Below, piece by piece: positions 60,551 to 64,000 of a stretch of 64,000 nt of DNA. This DNA comes from Candidatus Micrarchaeia archaeon (GTDB lineage: Archaea > Micrarchaeota > Micrarchaeia > Norongarragalinales > Norongarragalinaceae): positions 10,605 to 74,604 of the forward strand of contig JBAZPG010000003.1 in assembly GCA_041648335.1 (NCBI GenBank), written 5' to 3'. A program made the position numbers and the translations under genes. Under the pieces are notes generated by a model, which was not told where the DNA came from, did not search any database, and saw only the letters and a list, made by a program, of their open reading frames with translations. The first letter of the stretch is position 1. The number at the start of each line of letters is the position of its first letter.

Positions 60551-60727
60551 AGGCAATGCCGCACCCTGCTTCAAAAAAGGATTTAAGGGCAACGCCCCGC
60601 CTCGAATGAAAAGAATAAAAAGGCGGTTTCGCCCAACTCATTCCTGTAACTGACAACCGAACTGTGATATTGAACGCCCCCTTTTCGGGGCCTGATTCGT
60701 GTTTGTAAATTAGAGGTGGTTTTGAAG

Positions 60728-61441
60728 GTGTATCCTCCTTCGCAGGCAGCATACGACCGCGCGATAACAGTGTTCTCGCCGGACGGCAGGCTATTCCAAG
60801 TCGAGTACGCAAGGGAAGCGGTGCGCACGGGCGCAACCAGCATCGGGATGGTGTGCAAGGACGGCATCATACTCGCCGCCCACAAGCGCATTTCGACTCC
60901 GCTCGCGGTGAGCTCGAGCCACGAGAAGATATTCCAAATCGACTCGCACATGGCAGCCGCCTCGAGCGGGCTCGTCGCGGACGCGCGCCGCCTCGTGGAC
61001 TTGGCGCGCCTCGAGTCCCAGAAGCACCGCCTCGCCTACGACGAGGAAATTCCGGTGGACTTGCTGGCGAAGAACCTCGGCGACCACATCCAATACTACA
61101 CCCAGTTCGCGGGCGTGCGCCCGTACGGCGTCTCCCTCCTGTTGGCGGGCGCGGACGGCGGGCTCCACTTGTTCGAAACCGACCCGAGCGGCGCGCTCTT
61201 CGAGTACAAGGCGTGCGCAATCGGCTCGGGCAAGAAAGCCGTCGAGGAGCTGCTCAAGAAGGAGTACCGCGACGACATCACGCTGGACGAGGGACTCAAG
61301 CTCGTTGTTAAGGCGTTGCGGAAAGTCGTTGAGGAGAAGCTCACTTCGGACACCGCGGACATCGCAATCATCCGCCTCAAGGACAAGAAGGTGCACGTGT
61401 TAACCCAGGACGAGATGTCCAAGGCGCTGGTAGAAAAATGA
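60728..61441 (+). CDS. psmA: Proteasome subunit alpha
   Basis: AYDRAITVFSPDGRLFQVEYAREAV.. The GAGGTG at 60713-60718 favours the GTG at 60728 over the 60716 start of the ORF track. Confidence 0.92.
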   Translation: MYPPSQAAYDRAITVFSPDGRLFQVEYAREAVRTGATSIGMVCKDGIILAAHKRISTPLAVSSSHEKIFQIDSHMAAASSGLVADARRLVDLARLESQKHRLAYDEEIPVDLLAKNLGDHIQYYTQFAGVRPYGVSLLLAGADGGLHLFETDPSGALFEYKACAIGSGKKAVEELLKKEYRDDITLDEGLKLVVKALRKVVEEKLTSDTADIAIIRLKDKKVHVLTQDEMSKALVEK

Positions 61442-62127
61442 GCGGAATATCGAACACCATAACCGTGCGCTACGAGCACGCCGGCGAGCAGTTCGAGGTC
61501 CTCGTGGACCCCAAACTCGCCTACGACTACAAGACGGGCGTCCGCAAATCGTGGGAGAACGTCCTCGTCGCGGAAGAGGTGTTCAAGGACGCGAACCGGG
61601 GCGAACGCCAGACCGCAGCCGCGCTCAAGAAGGCGTTCGGTCCCGTGAGCCAAGCCGAAGCGTGCAAACTCATTTTCGAAAAAGGCGAACTCCAGCTAAC
61701 CACCGACCAGCGGCGCAAGGCGCTCGCCGAGAAGAAGATACGCGTGGTCGCCTTGATTGCGCGCGTGGCGGTCGACCCGAGGACAAAGGCGCCGCACCCG
61801 GTCCAGCGCATCGAGAACGCCATCGAGGAGGCGGGCGTCCACATAGACGCATTCAAGCCCGCGGAAGAGCAGGTAGCACGCATAATCGAGGAGTTACGCG
61901 AGATAATCCCGATCAGCACTGAGGAATCGAAAGTCGAGGTGATAGTGCCCGCGGAGTGCGCGGGACGCTGTTACGGCATGCTCAAGGAGTACGGGATTTC
62001 GGGCGAGGAGTGGCGTGGCGACGGTTCGCTGCGCTGCGTCTGCGCCTTCCCCGCGGGGCTCCAGGGGGAATTCTACAACAAGCTCAACAAGATGACCTCG
62101 GGGAACGCCCAGACGAAATTATTGTGA
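61438..62127 (+). CDS. SBDS-family ribosome maturation protein
   Basis: ITVRYEHAGEQFEVLVDPKLAYDYKTG... In the conserved superoperon position, with ATGA overlap with psmA. Confidence 0.8.
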   Translation: MSGISNTITVRYEHAGEQFEVLVDPKLAYDYKTGVRKSWENVLVAEEVFKDANRGERQTAAALKKAFGPVSQAEACKLIFEKGELQLTTDQRRKALAEKKIRVVALIARVAVDPRTKAPHPVQRIENAIEEAGVHIDAFKPAEEQVARIIEELREIIPISTEESKVEVIVPAECAGRCYGMLKEYGISGEEWRGDGSLRCVCAFPAGLQGEFYNKLNKMTSGNAQTKLL

Positions 62128-62148
62128 AAATTGTGAAGTGATTTGAAT

Positions 62149-62763
62149 ATGAAGAAAATAGTAGTTCCCGGGGAACAGGTGTCCGACCGCCCCGTGCAAT
62201 GCGACGGCTGCTTCGTGGATGCCGGAAAAACTTTCGCAACCACCATGAGCCTCGCGACCGACGAGCGCGTGATACCCCTGAAGGGGCGCTACGTGCCCGT
62301 GCTCGGCGACTTCGTGGTGGGCATCGTCAAGGAATCCATAGTAATCGGCTACCTACTCGACTTGAACTCGCCGTATTTGGCTAAACTCGGGGACCGCGAC
62401 TGCCGCGAGGAATACCGCCACGGCGATGTTGTCTCGGTGAAGCTCGCCTCGGTGAACGAGGTGCACGACGCCATGGCTATGGAACCCCGCAAGCTCGAAG
62501 GGGGCACGCTCGTCGCGATAGAGCCAGTGAAGGTGCCGCGCGTGATTGGACGCAACGGCAGCATGCTCGCGCTCGTGCAGGACCACACCGGCGCCCAGGT
62601 GTCCGTGGGGAAGAACGGGCGCGTGTACGTGAAGGGCGGGAACGTTGCTCTCGCAGTGCAGGCGATAAACAAGATTTGCGCTGAAGCCCACACGAGCGGC
62701 TTGACCGAACGCATGACCGACTTCCTGAAGAGGGAAGCCGCGCGGAGTGAACAGGTGAATTGA
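62149..62763 (+). CDS. rrp4: Exosome complex RNA-binding protein Rrp4 (S1 + KH), short form
   Basis: VVPGEQV..., an S1-like segment (GDFVVGIVKE...GDVVSVKL) and a KH GxxG (VIGRNGSMLALVQDHTGAQVSVGKNGRVYV). Confidence 0.75.
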   Translation: MKKIVVPGEQVSDRPVQCDGCFVDAGKTFATTMSLATDERVIPLKGRYVPVLGDFVVGIVKESIVIGYLLDLNSPYLAKLGDRDCREEYRHGDVVSVKLASVNEVHDAMAMEPRKLEGGTLVAIEPVKVPRVIGRNGSMLALVQDHTGAQVSVGKNGRVYVKGGNVALAVQAINKICAEAHTSGLTERMTDFLKREAARSEQVN

Positions 62764-62767
62764 ACTT

Positions 62768-63520
62768 ATGGCAAAGAAAAGCGACATACAATTAGTCAAA
62801 TCGGACGGCACCCGCCTCGACGGCAGGAGCCCCACCGACCTGCGCCCCCTCAAGATAACCGCGGGCGTGCTCAAGCAGGCGAACGGCTCCGCGCTCGTGG
62901 AATGGGGGCGGAACAAGGTGCTCGCCGCGGTGTACGGCCCCCGCGAGTGCTTCCCCAAGATGCTCACGAACCCCTACCGCGCCGCGATAAACGCGCGCTA
63001 CCTCATGGCGCCGTTCTCGGGCAACGAGGAACACAGCCGGAGCGGCCCCAACCGCAGGAGCCAGGAAATCAGCAAGGTAATCCAGCACGTGTTCGAGAAC
63101 CTCGTGCTCACTGAACAGTTCCCAAAGACCATGATTGACATCTGCATCGAGGTGCTCCAAAGCGACGGAGGCACCCGCATCGCGGCGGTCACCGCCGCAT
63201 CGGTGGCGCTCGCGGACGCGGGCATACCCATGCGCGACCTGGCGTGCGGCGTGGGCGTCGGCAAGGCGAGCGGGCAACTTCTGGCGGATTTGGACAAGGG
63301 CGAGGACAACTTCGGGGAAAGCGACATCCCCACGGTAATCTCCCCGCGCACGGGCGAACTCCTCCTCTACCAGATGGACGGCATGCTCACCCGTGAAGAG
63401 ATAAGCCGCGGCTTCGACCTCGCGACCGAAGCGTGCATGAAGGTGCACGCCAAGCAGGTGGAAGCCCTCAAGAAGAAATATGATACCGTGCTCGAGGAAG
63501 CCGGCTCCAACGGTGAATGA
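62768..63520 (+). CDS. rrp41: Exosome complex exonuclease Rrp41 (RNase PH)
   Basis: RLDGRSPTDLRPLKITAGVLKQANGSALVEWGRNKVLAAVYGPRE ... DGGTRIAAVTAASVALADAGIPMRD. Confidence 0.9.
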   Translation: MAKKSDIQLVKSDGTRLDGRSPTDLRPLKITAGVLKQANGSALVEWGRNKVLAAVYGPRECFPKMLTNPYRAAINARYLMAPFSGNEEHSRSGPNRRSQEISKVIQHVFENLVLTEQFPKTMIDICIEVLQSDGGTRIAAVTAASVALADAGIPMRDLACGVGVGKASGQLLADLDKGEDNFGESDIPTVISPRTGELLLYQMDGMLTREEISRGFDLATEACMKVHAKQVEALKKKYDTVLEEAGSNGE

Positions 63521-63524
63521 AAAA

Positions 63525-64000
63525 ATGATAACCGACGAAATCAAGGAAACAATGATACGCGACCTCGCCAAGCAAGGCAAACGCGAGGACGGACGCGGGC
63601 TGACCGACTACCGTGAGATACGCGTGCACAAGAATTACCTCCCGAACGCCGAGGGCAGCGCCATGGTCGAGATAGGCAACACCAAGGTCGCCGCGGGAGT
63701 GAAGTTCGACGTGGTGAAACCGTACTCGGACCGCCCGGACGAAGGCACGCTCACGGTGAACGCCGAGCTGTGCTGCCTGGCGCACCAGGAATTCAAGCCG
63801 GGTCCGCCCAGCGTGGACTCGATCGAACTCGCACGCGTAGTCGACAGGGGCATACGCAGCGCGGAGTGCGTGAACGTCAAGGAATTCCTCCTGGAACCCG
63901 AGAAAGCCCTCGGGCTCTACATTGACTTGTACGTGCTCGACCACTGCGGCAACCTCATCGACGCCGCCGCGCTCGCCGCGCTCGCCGCACTCAAGGGGGC
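63525..64000 (+). CDS. rrp42: Exosome complex component Rrp42 (partial, runs off the window)
   Basis: MITDEIKETMIRDLAKQGKREDGRGLTDYREIRV...AEGSAMVEIGNTKVAAGVK is an RNase PH-like N-terminus. The ORF is open to the window end, so it is absent from the ORF track. Confidence 0.8.
   Translation, partial: MITDEIKETMIRDLAKQGKREDGRGLTDYREIRVHKNYLPNAEGSAMVEIGNTKVAAGVKFDVVKPYSDRPDEGTLTVNAELCCLAHQEFKPGPPSVDSIELARVVDRGIRSAECVNVKEFLLEPEKALGLYIDLYVLDHCGNLIDAAALAALAALKG

Overview
GC-rich (roughly 60% G+C by eye) archaeal chromosomal segment with very high coding density. GTG/TTG starts are frequent and 4-10 nt stop/start overlaps are common. Several ~50-bp divergent intergenic regions carry one central A/T-rich TATA-like box, which suggests leaderless mRNAs.

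Housekeeping content:
- Ribosomal proteins S6e, S17e, S2 and L15e.
- ProRS, IleRS, CTP synthase, FEN-1, an archaeal histone, MBF1, Sec61-beta, NMD3 and tRNA-Gln.
- A Hef helicase/nuclease pair.
- The classic archaeal superoperon L15e / RNase P proteins / proteasome-alpha / SBDS / Rrp4 / Rrp41 / Rrp42.

Several universal proteins look unusually short (L15e, Rpp30, Rrp4). This hints at a reduced-genome, DPANN-like archaeon, but that is inference only.

Accessory content:
- Three tail-anchored surface proteins of more than 1100 aa in the first 16 kb.
- A low-GC AbiEi/AbiEii cassette.
- A HEAT-repeat/nucleotidyltransferase fusion built from near-identical 90-bp repeats.
- An ~11-kb type IV pilus-like locus (37.6-48.8 kb), which is the most interesting feature.

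The pilus locus encodes six proteins with class III (prepilin-type) signal peptides. One is an 1177-aa pilin-fused adhesin in which a 7-bladed repeat propeller sits inside a vWA domain. The locus also has a wHTH/coiled-coil accessory protein, a PilB/FlaI-type ATPase, a platform split into two T2SS-F proteins, and a separately promoted candidate major pilin. No prepilin peptidase and no archaellum-specific genes are visible in the window.

All family calls come from reading the translated ORFs by eye; no searches were run.
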